Below the pieces are notes generated by a model. That model made no database searches and was not told the origin of the DNA. It was given only the letters and a program-made list of their open reading frames with translations. From assembly GCA_964537825.1 (NCBI GenBank), contig CAZIDL010000005.1:1-59194 (forward strand): a stretch of DNA of 59,194 nt, read 5' to 3'. Origin of the DNA: an uncultured Weeksellaceae bacterium (GTDB lineage: Bacteria > Bacteroidota > Bacteroidia > Flavobacteriales_D > CAYVSK01). A program made the translations under genes and the position numbers. This document shows, in pieces, positions 1-7,425 of this stretch (position 1 is its first letter; every line of letters starts with the position of its first letter).

Positions 1-298
1 CGAAGATCGAATCGATCGAATCCTCGACGGGCAGTACATAACAGGCGCTTAGTTGCCCTTCTTCCAAACCGGCGTTCATCAAGGTAGGGGAGTTAGGCAA
101 GAAGCGGAGGGAATTCATCAGTTCCCGGAATTCAACTTCCCGTTCCTTGGCATCCCCTCCGTACTGGTCTTCCGGAGACGCTATCCTTTTGGCCACCCTT
201 TCAAAGAGTTGGTCCGGTGTTTCCAGGGGGGTACCAGCAGCATCTTTTTGAAGATAGCGGCTTTCAAGAACGGTCTGGGCATTGTTGTTCAACTCCAT
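1..298 (-). CDS. nrdJ: Class II (adenosylcobalamin-dependent) ribonucleotide reductase, N-terminal fragment running off the left edge
   Basis: Absent from the ORF track because it is open at the window edge. Hand translation of the minus strand from the ATG at 298..296 gives MELNNNAQTVLESRYLQKDAAGTPLETPDQLFERVAKRIA...FLPNSPTLMNAGLEEGQLSACYVLPVEDSIDSIF. The LPNSPTLMNAG and LSAC(Y/F)VLPVEDS blocks are the characteristic N-terminus of class II RNR. Confidence 0.8.
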   Translation of the reverse strand, partial: MELNNNAQTVLESRYLQKDAAGTPLETPDQLFERVAKRIASPEDQYGGDAKEREVEFRELMNSLRFLPNSPTLMNAGLEEGQLSACYVLPVEDSIDSIF

Positions 299-338
299 GT
301 CGATACTCGAACAGTCCCGAAAAGCGATCGTTCGTGGA

Positions 339-1772
339 TCAAGTCAGGGTCACCACCTCCTTCCGCTCCGGTATCCGGATATGATGGAATCCCGTTCTCT
401 TCAGGCTCTTCTTGTAGTTCTCCTGAACTTCAGGATCACCGTGTACGAGAAAGAGTTGGCTTACCTGATCCGGGTCCTGACAGGAAAGATAATCGAGCAT
501 CTCATCACGGTCTCCGTGAGCACTATAATGGTCGAGAACTTTTACTTCCATCTTCACGTCCCGCATTTTCCCGAAGATGTTGACCTTCTTATGACCTGCC
601 CTGAGCTTTCCCCCGAGGGAATGCGGTTCTGCATATCCGATGAGTAAAAGCGTGTTGGCCTTGTCGAACATGTTGTGGATCAGGTGATGTTTGATCCGTC
701 CTGCATCCATCATCCCTGAGGCTGAAATGATGATGCAGGGTTCTTCCCGGTCGTTCAGAGCGATCGAATCCTCGATATCCCGGATGTAGGTGAGCCCTTT
801 GAATCCGAAGGGGTCCTCGTCATTTTCCATGTATTTGAGCAATCCCTCGTTGTAGCATTCCGGATGGTCCCGGATCACTTCCGTTGCCTCGGTGGATAAG
901 GGGCTGTCCACGAAGGTGTCGATCGGGGGAAGGCGCCCTTCGTTCTCCAAGCGGTCCAGTTGATGGACCACTTCCTGTGTCCTTCCCACGCTAAAAGCTG
1001 GAATAAGGAGCTTGCCTTTTTTACGAACGCAAGTATGTTCCACGCATTCCAGCAACTCTTCTTTGGCATTCTCGACGTCCGAGTGAAGGCGGTCACCGTA
1101 TGTTGATTCGGTGATGATCGTATCAGCCTGGGGGAAGGTGCGGGGTGCTTTCACGATCGTGTGGTCCGGACGACCAACATCTCCTGTATAGCAGACCCTA
1201 TGGATGCCTTCGGGCGTGTCCATTTCGATGTTCACCGCAGCGCTTCCCAGGATATGCCCGATGACCGTGAACATGATCCGGACGCCCGCTTCGAGCTCGA
1301 ACCACTCCTCGTAGGGATGGGTTTCGAAGAGCTTGAGGGCTTGATAAGCATCGGCCGTAGTATAGATCGGTTCCATTTCGGAAAGACCTTCTTTTCTTCG
1401 CTCTTCGTTCTTTCGCTCCGCATCTTCTTCCTGGATGTGCGCGCTATCAGGTAGCATGATCCCACAAAGGTCTTTCGTTGCGGCCGTCGCATGGATCTTC
1501 CCATCGTAGTTCTGGTGGGCGAGAAGGGGAAGCATTCCCGAGTGATCGATATGGGCATGGGAAAGGATGACGTGATCGATCGAAAAGGGATCGAACCCGA
1601 GATGAGCATTGCTCACCTCTTCTTGGTCGCTTCCCTGGAAAAGGCCGCAGTCGAGAAGAATGCGGCTCCCGTTGGAAGTGGTGAGGATGTGTTTGCTTCC
1701 CGTGACCTGACGGGCAGCTCCGAGAAATTGGATGGAAGGTTTCATAAGGGGATCAAAGATGTCGATTTCCAA
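339..1772 (-). CDS. MBL-fold metallo-hydrolase of the beta-CASP / RNA-specificity type (RNase J/CPSF-like)
   Basis: 477-aa ORF. HxHxDH motif (SHAHIDHSG) about 70 aa from the N-terminus. Later HILGS and a C-terminal YSAHGD motif fit beta-CASP motifs B/C. Confidence 0.8.
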   Translation of the reverse strand: MEIDIFDPLMKPSIQFLGAARQVTGSKHILTTSNGSRILLDCGLFQGSDQEEVSNAHLGFDPFSIDHVILSHAHIDHSGMLPLLAHQNYDGKIHATAATKDLCGIMLPDSAHIQEEDAERKNEERRKEGLSEMEPIYTTADAYQALKLFETHPYEEWFELEAGVRIMFTVIGHILGSAAVNIEMDTPEGIHRVCYTGDVGRPDHTIVKAPRTFPQADTIITESTYGDRLHSDVENAKEELLECVEHTCVRKKGKLLIPAFSVGRTQEVVHQLDRLENEGRLPPIDTFVDSPLSTEATEVIRDHPECYNEGLLKYMENDEDPFGFKGLTYIRDIEDSIALNDREEPCIIISASGMMDAGRIKHHLIHNMFDKANTLLLIGYAEPHSLGGKLRAGHKKVNIFGKMRDVKMEVKVLDHYSAHGDRDEMLDYLSCQDPDQVSQLFLVHGDPEVQENYKKSLKRTGFHHIRIPERKEVVTLT

Positions 1773-1872
1773 GCGTTAGGGGTATCGGGAAAAGGAACCA
1801 TTCCTGAGCACTTCATCGAATTTTCCTCTGGAGGAGGGGAGCTAAAAAAAGCTTTGGAGCAAGGTAGGGGGG

Positions 1873-3366
1873 TCATCGTACCATGCTCACCAATACAGGT
1901 TCCATTTTCTTTCGCATCTCAGCTGCCGACCCCTCGAAATCGTTGGCTATCAGAGCAAAGGCCTTCCAGGCACCTCCCTTGCCTTTGACATATCCTGCAT
2001 AACCCAGGATGCCCTTCATGTAACCGCTTTTCGCCCAAACCCGTCCCTCTGCTGCTGTCCCGCCCCCGATGTAGCTCATGGTGCCCTCTTTACCGGCCAC
2101 GGGGAGCGAGTTCTTGATGGCTTCTCGATGAGAACCTTTCCAAGCCTTTGACAAGCATTCTACGAGGAAAGCTGGATTGATCCGGTTCGTCGGAGCTAAG
2201 CCACTTCCATCCGCAAGCCGGAGGCCTTTCGTATCCACTCCCCACTTCCCGATCCTTTTCAACAATGCCTTTCCGGCCGGTTCCGGTTTGGCAGTTGCTC
2301 CAAGCTTTTTGGCCATTTCCAAAAGGAGCGTTTCTGCGAAGAGGTTCTTGCTTTCCTGGTTCGTTCGTTCGACGATCGCTTCCACCGAGGGAGAATGGAT
2401 CGTGTCGAGCTCCACGCTCATGCGGTGTTCTTCGATCCCTTCCCGTCGAAAGGTGTTGAAACCTTTACGGATGGAGATCCCTTGTTCTTCGAAATGCTGT
2501 TGGACCATCCAGGCGGTCGTAAGTGCCGGGTCGGGCATAGCTCCTTCGATGGAGTAGGAGCTGCGTCCGGAAGGAAGCGTACCTTCTACGATACGATGGG
2601 TATCATAGGGTTTCCCGAAGATGTAGGCTCGATCCTTTTGAACGTCTGAAGTCCGGACCTGGTTCTCGATCTTCAACCAGGGTGTCTTCGGGTTCCTTTC
2701 GATGATGCGGGTTTTTTCTCCAGTTGCTCGGGGGGTTTTGAAGCGGAGTTCGAAGGTGTTGTCCATAATGTTCATCCCGCTCGGGAAGGCCCCGAAATAA
2801 TTCCCCATGTCCTCCCATATCCTTCCCCGTGATAACGTGTTGGAAGGGAAATAGGTCGCGTTCACGAGGATCCGCCCTTCGACCTGCTCGATGCCGGCCT
2901 GCTTACATGCCTGTACCCAACGGTCGAACAGCTCTTTCGACGCCCCGTAATGCCCCGGGAATTCCTTGCTCAAAAAAGCCGGGTCGCCACCCCCTCTGAT
3001 GATCAGATCCCCTTTGAGCCTTCCTTCTTCGATGTTCCCCCGATAGCCGAAGACGGTCCGGAACCGTTTCTCTTTTCCGAGGATCCGAAGCGCACCGATC
3101 GTAGTGACCAGTTTTTGCGTGGAGGCAGGTACGATCCCCTCTTTGGAGCGATGGGCGGCGATCCGGTCCCCGTTCTTGATATTGCGGGCGAGAAATACGA
3201 AGCGCCCCTTTTCGAGGGCCGGATCCTGGGCAAGGGTCCGGATCGCCTTTTGGACCTTTTCCTTGCTCCCTTCTTCGTTTTCATCTTCCTGCACCTCACC
3301 ATTGACTTGCTGGCATGCAGGGAGAAAGAGCAGGGGTAGGAAAAGGAGTGGTATTCGCTTCATCAA
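1873..3366 (-). CDS. dacB: D-alanyl-D-alanine carboxypeptidase/endopeptidase (PBP4, peptidase S13)
   Basis: 497 aa. Signal/lipobox-like N-terminus (LLFLPAC), SxxK active-site motif (STQKL), and a KTG-type box as AKSGYM near the C-terminus. Confidence 0.8.
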   Translation of the reverse strand: MMKRIPLLFLPLLFLPACQQVNGEVQEDENEEGSKEKVQKAIRTLAQDPALEKGRFVFLARNIKNGDRIAAHRSKEGIVPASTQKLVTTIGALRILGKEKRFRTVFGYRGNIEEGRLKGDLIIRGGGDPAFLSKEFPGHYGASKELFDRWVQACKQAGIEQVEGRILVNATYFPSNTLSRGRIWEDMGNYFGAFPSGMNIMDNTFELRFKTPRATGEKTRIIERNPKTPWLKIENQVRTSDVQKDRAYIFGKPYDTHRIVEGTLPSGRSSYSIEGAMPDPALTTAWMVQQHFEEQGISIRKGFNTFRREGIEEHRMSVELDTIHSPSVEAIVERTNQESKNLFAETLLLEMAKKLGATAKPEPAGKALLKRIGKWGVDTKGLRLADGSGLAPTNRINPAFLVECLSKAWKGSHREAIKNSLPVAGKEGTMSYIGGGTAAEGRVWAKSGYMKGILGYAGYVKGKGGAWKAFALIANDFEGSAAEMRKKMEPVLVSMVR

Positions 3367-3381
3367 TGGGGAGCGGAAATA

Positions 3382-3396
3382 GAACGCTCAGCGTTC
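3382..3396. promoter_or_regulatory. 15-bp perfect palindrome GAACGCT-C-AGCGTTC in the divergent dacB/asnB intergenic region (candidate operator)
   Basis: Read directly at 3382..3396. It lies between the dacB start (3366, minus) and the asnB-like start (3486, plus). Confidence 0.25.
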
Positions 3397-3485
3397 AAAG
3401 GTAGCTTATGGGGTCGGTGCTTCCTATTGCTAAAAGTGGAGCTTCAGCGCTTCAGTTCTTCTTCTCACCCCTACCTTCGTTGGAT

Positions 3486-5357
3486 ATGTGCGGTATCACT
3501 GGTATTTTTCGGTATCGTGGAGCCGCGGATCCGCGAAGCGAGCAGCTCGAACATTCGCTCCGGACGATCGCCCATCGCGGGCCTGACCATCAGGATACGC
3601 TGCGGGACGGCCCATTATCATTCGGTCATGCACGCCTCTCGATCATAGAGCCTGGCACGGCAGGACATCAGCCCATGTGGGACCGTCAGGGTCGTTATGC
3701 GATCGTTTTCAATGGCGAGGTCTACAACGATCAGGATTTGCGGAACGAGTTGGCCGGTGCCGGAAAAAGTTTTCGTTCCCATTCGGATACGGAGACTTTT
3801 CTGGAATGGCTTGTCGAAAAAGGCCCTGAGGGGCTCGAACAGGTGAACGGGTTCTTTGCGTTCGCTCTTTGGGACCGTCAGGAGGGCAGCCTTCTTATCG
3901 GACGCGATCGTTATGGCATTAAACCGCTCTTTTACCGTGAAGAAGAAGGTGGCTTGCTCTTCGCTTCTGAGCTGGAGGCCCTTCTTGCTTATGGGATCCC
4001 GAAAAGTATCGATCGTACGGGGCTTCAGTGTTATTTGCAGTTCACTTACGTTCCGGCTCCCCTCAGCATTTTGGAAGGAGTGCGGAAGTGCCTTCCCGGG
4101 GAATGGTTGAAGCAGGGGCCTGAGGGAGCAGAGCGTGGAAGGCTCGATCAGGGGGGGGGCGAAAAGCCCTGGTCGGGCTCTTTCGATGAAGCAGTGGAGG
4201 CGTGTCGGGACCTTTTGGACAGTGCGGTCAAGGACCGCCTTCGTTCGGATGTGCCTTTGGGATGTTTTTTAAGCGGTGGCATCGATTCCGGTATCATCAC
4301 GGCTTTGGCCTCCAAACATCAGAAAGGGCTTCCCAGTTTCTCCATCGGGTACGATGATCCGGTCTTCGATGAGTCCCGTGAAGCTGCTGATTCTGCCACT
4401 TTTCTTGGTACGGACCATCGGACCATGAAGGTGGGGGAGGATCGTTTCAGAAAAGGTGTAGAGAACGTTCTGGAGGGAATGGACGAACCGTTCGCGGATT
4501 CTTCGGCCATTCCGGTCAAGCTGCTCAGTGAATGGACGCGGGAACATGTAAAAGTGGTACTTTCCGGAGATGGTGCCGATGAGCTTTTCGGAGGGTACAA
4601 CAAGCATCGGGCGGAGTATATGGCCCGTCATCCAGGTTTGAAAGAGCGGGTAGCCCTTATGGGAGCCCCGTTATGGAAGACTTTTCCGAAAGGCAAAGGG
4701 GAAGGGGTGAAGGAAGCTGTTCGAAAGCTGGACCGTTTTGCCAGCATTGCCTCTCTTTCACCCGAAGAAAGGTATTGGCGGTGGGCTTCCTTTATGCAAC
4801 CTGAAAGGGTTTCCACCTTGATCAACGACCCATTGACCAGCCTAGAAATGGAAAAGGATCGGAGCTTTTTGCTCGATGGAGCATCGTTCGACCAAATGAG
4901 TGATATATTGCGCTGCGATCGCAGCTTCGTCCTCCCTAACGACATGTTGAACAAACTCGATCGGATGTCGATGGCAGCAGGGCTCGAAGCTCGCGTTCCA
5001 TTTCTGGATCATCGCTTTCTGCGCTTCGTGGAAAGCCTTCCAGCTGAATGGCGTATCGATGGGAGGGAGCGAAAGATCCTTTTGAAGCGCGCCTTTTCAG
5101 ACCTTCTTCCGGCTGGTTCGATGCAAAGACCCAAACACGGTTTCGAAGTCCCTCTTGCCGATCTGTTAAGAAGAACATCCGAACGGGATATCGCACATTA
5201 TATGGGAGAAGGATTTTTGAAAGAGCAGGGGGTCTTCGTTCCTGAAGCGGTGGAAAAGGAAGTAGCAGCTTTCCGGAAAGGGAAGAGCAAGGATAATGGA
5301 ATGGCTATTTGGAGTTTGTTGGTCTTTCAGAAATGGTGGTCCCGTCATTTTTCCTGA
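3486..5357 (+). CDS. asnB: Asparagine synthase (glutamine-hydrolysing) family amidotransferase, in a polysaccharide-locus context
   Basis: The ORF track starts at 3408. The ATG at 3486 gives MCGITGIF, the Met-Cys N-terminus required for Ntn glutamine amidotransferases. The SGGIDS PP-loop motif is present (CFLSGGIDSG). Confidence 0.9.
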   Translation: MCGITGIFRYRGAADPRSEQLEHSLRTIAHRGPDHQDTLRDGPLSFGHARLSIIEPGTAGHQPMWDRQGRYAIVFNGEVYNDQDLRNELAGAGKSFRSHSDTETFLEWLVEKGPEGLEQVNGFFAFALWDRQEGSLLIGRDRYGIKPLFYREEEGGLLFASELEALLAYGIPKSIDRTGLQCYLQFTYVPAPLSILEGVRKCLPGEWLKQGPEGAERGRLDQGGGEKPWSGSFDEAVEACRDLLDSAVKDRLRSDVPLGCFLSGGIDSGIITALASKHQKGLPSFSIGYDDPVFDESREAADSATFLGTDHRTMKVGEDRFRKGVENVLEGMDEPFADSSAIPVKLLSEWTREHVKVVLSGDGADELFGGYNKHRAEYMARHPGLKERVALMGAPLWKTFPKGKGEGVKEAVRKLDRFASIASLSPEERYWRWASFMQPERVSTLINDPLTSLEMEKDRSFLLDGASFDQMSDILRCDRSFVLPNDMLNKLDRMSMAAGLEARVPFLDHRFLRFVESLPAEWRIDGRERKILLKRAFSDLLPAGSMQRPKHGFEVPLADLLRRTSERDIAHYMGEGFLKEQGVFVPEAVEKEVAAFRKGKSKDNGMAIWSLLVFQKWWSRHFS

Positions 5358-5408
5358 TGGTGAGCAACTTGCCCCGTTCTCTTTTCCGTTCTTTGAATCA
5401 CAAGCTCT

Positions 5409-6605
5409 ATGCCCCGTATCCTTCGTATCGTCAATCGGTTCAATCTTGGAGGCCCTACCTACAACGCAGCCTATTTGACCAGGTTCATGGGGGCTTCCTT
5501 CGATACCTATTTGGTCGGAGGTGTCAAAGAGGAAGAGGAGGAGAGTTCCGAATTCATTCTCGATGAACTCGGGGTGGACCGCACTATCATTCCCGAAATG
5601 CGGAGGAGCATCGATCCGCTCAAGGACCATGCGGCCCTGAGGCGTATCCGCAAGCTTATAAGGGATATCCGTCCGGATATCGTCCATACGCATGCTTCGA
5701 AAGCAGGCGCGATCGGTCGGCGGGCAGCATTCATGGAAGGAGTGCCTTTAACCTTTCATACGTTCCACGGTCATGTTTTCCATTCCTATTTCGGCCAGTT
5801 GCGGACGCGCTTCTACAAGTCCATCGAACGACGCCTTGCTCGGAGAACGACGCGTCTGATCGCCTTGAGCGAGGAACAGCAAAAGGAATTAACAGAAGAG
5901 CATCGCATTGCCTCGCCGGAAAAGGTTGAATTGATCCCGCTTGGATTCGACCTTTCTCGTTTCCGCGAACGGATGGAGGATAAACGGGCACATTTCCGCG
6001 ATCGGTGGAGGATCGGTGAAGAAGAGCTCGCTATCGGTATCGTGGGGCGTTTGGTCCCTGTAAAAGGTCATGAACTCTTTCTGGAGGCATTTGCTGCCTT
6101 GAAGGAGCGGGTTTCAGCATCCGTACGGGCATTCATCGTCGGGGATGGTAAAGAGCGTGGGCCTTTGATGGAGCGGGCTCAGGAGCTGGGGCTCCAGGTC
6201 AGTGGTCCCGATCTCGAGGAGGCAGGGGCTGATATCGTTTTCACTTCATGGATCCGTGAGGTTGATGAAGTGTGGGCAGGAATGGATATTGCCACCCTTA
6301 CTTCTTTTAACGAAGGGACGCCCGTCAGTCTGATCGAAGCCCAGGCAGCGGGATGCCCTGTCGTTTCAACCGATGTGGGGGGAGTGGCTTCGATCGTGGA
6401 GCAGGAAGGGTCCGGTCTTCTTCTGGAAGAACGCGATCCTGAAGAATTGGCGAACGCATGGGAACGGTTGGTCCTGAACGGAACGCAACGAAGGGAATGG
6501 GGAGCCAGAGGATGGGAACGCGTTCGGGACCGGTATTCAGTAGAGAGGCTCACCCGCGACATGGAAGCGCTCTATCAGAGGGAAATGCAGCAGATCCCTG
6601 CTTAG
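5409..6605 (+). CDS. Glycosyltransferase family 4 (GT-B fold)
   Basis: 398 aa. The C-terminal EGTPVSLIEAQAAGCPVVSTDVGG block is the classic GT4/GT1 E-x7-E region. Confidence 0.85.
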   Translation: MPRILRIVNRFNLGGPTYNAAYLTRFMGASFDTYLVGGVKEEEEESSEFILDELGVDRTIIPEMRRSIDPLKDHAALRRIRKLIRDIRPDIVHTHASKAGAIGRRAAFMEGVPLTFHTFHGHVFHSYFGQLRTRFYKSIERRLARRTTRLIALSEEQQKELTEEHRIASPEKVELIPLGFDLSRFRERMEDKRAHFRDRWRIGEEELAIGIVGRLVPVKGHELFLEAFAALKERVSASVRAFIVGDGKERGPLMERAQELGLQVSGPDLEEAGADIVFTSWIREVDEVWAGMDIATLTSFNEGTPVSLIEAQAAGCPVVSTDVGGVASIVEQEGSGLLLEERDPEELANAWERLVLNGTQRREWGARGWERVRDRYSVERLTRDMEALYQREMQQIPA

Positions 6606-6639
6606 GGGAATATTCTTATTTTTGCCGCAAACCGCCTCT

Positions 6640-7410
6640 ATGCAAAGGTCCCCGATCCTCCTTGTCTTCTCCCTTCTTTTATTGAGCGGATGCGGAGTGA
6701 ACAGCGACATCATGCTGCAGACCGATAAGGATTACGAATTCGATGAACCCCCGAAGGAAGAAGCCCTTGAGTACAAGATATCCCCCAACGACATCGTGCA
6801 GTTCCGCCTTTTTGCGAACGACGGATTCCAGCTGATCGACATCACTTCCGGGACCGGTGAGCAGGGAAACCGTCGCATGAGCAACCGTAATATGGTGGAT
6901 TATCAGGTGGATCATGAAGGGAAGGTGAAGTTGCCCATCCTCGGATGGATCGATCTCAAGGGCTATACCATTCGCGAAGCGGAGCTCATGCTCGAGGAAA
7001 AGTACAGCGAGTATTACAACGACCCGTTCGTTATGCTGCAGGTAACGAACCGCAGGGTCATCGTCTTCCCGGGATCAGGAGGCGATGCCCAGGTCATCAC
7101 CCTGAAGAATAACAATGTTACCGTGATCGAAGCTTTGGCACTGGCCGGTGGGGTGTCTGAACGGGGGAAAGCGAAAAAGATCAAATTGATCCGAAGGGAA
7201 AAAGGAAAAGAAAGAAAGGTCTTCCTTATGGACCTTTCCACGATCAAAGGAATGGACCAAGCCGACATGGTGGTCCAGGCAAACGATATCATTTATGTGG
7301 AGCCCACCTCGCAAGTTGCGAGGGAGGTCTTGCGTGAGGTCGCGCCGATCGTATCGCTTCTGAGCAGTGCCGTCTTCGTATATTCCACGGTCGTCGGCTT
7401 CAATAACTGA
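6640..7410 (+). CDS. wza: Polysaccharide export outer-membrane lipoprotein (Wza-like; Poly_export + SLBB)
   Basis: The ATG at 6640 gives MQRSPILLVFSLLLLSGCG (lipobox); the track start at 6622 is a TTG. The PNDIVQFRLF...VDHEGKVKLPILGWIDLKGYTIREAE block matches the Poly_export domain, followed by an SLBB-like segment. Confidence 0.8.
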   Translation: MQRSPILLVFSLLLLSGCGVNSDIMLQTDKDYEFDEPPKEEALEYKISPNDIVQFRLFANDGFQLIDITSGTGEQGNRRMSNRNMVDYQVDHEGKVKLPILGWIDLKGYTIREAELMLEEKYSEYYNDPFVMLQVTNRRVIVFPGSGGDAQVITLKNNNVTVIEALALAGGVSERGKAKKIKLIRREKGKERKVFLMDLSTIKGMDQADMVVQANDIIYVEPTSQVAREVLREVAPIVSLLSSAVFVYSTVVGFNN

Positions 7411-7425
7411 TCCCAGCTCGTTCAT

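Noticed and set aside
53-647. Plus-strand ORFs 53..583 and 282..647 at the left edge
   Set aside because: They overlap the minus-strand nrdJ 5' end and the MBL hydrolase 3' end, both of which have clear family motifs.
3408-3485. N-terminal extensions offered by the ORF track. They affect asnB 3408, wza 6622, serC 21827, hypothetical 26783, hypothetical 28301, T9SS protein 30078, acpH 30961, RR 31925, pckA 35745, M32 37326, saccharopine DH 37250, paiB 41920, OMP-like 42443, OB-fold 44334, dinB 44416 and the sensors 53294/57178
   Set aside because: Internal ATGs reproduce canonical family N-termini or signal peptides and remove overlaps with neighbouring genes, so I used the shorter coordinates. 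For the two sensors the region upstream of the chosen start is similar in both copies, so that start remains somewhat uncertain.
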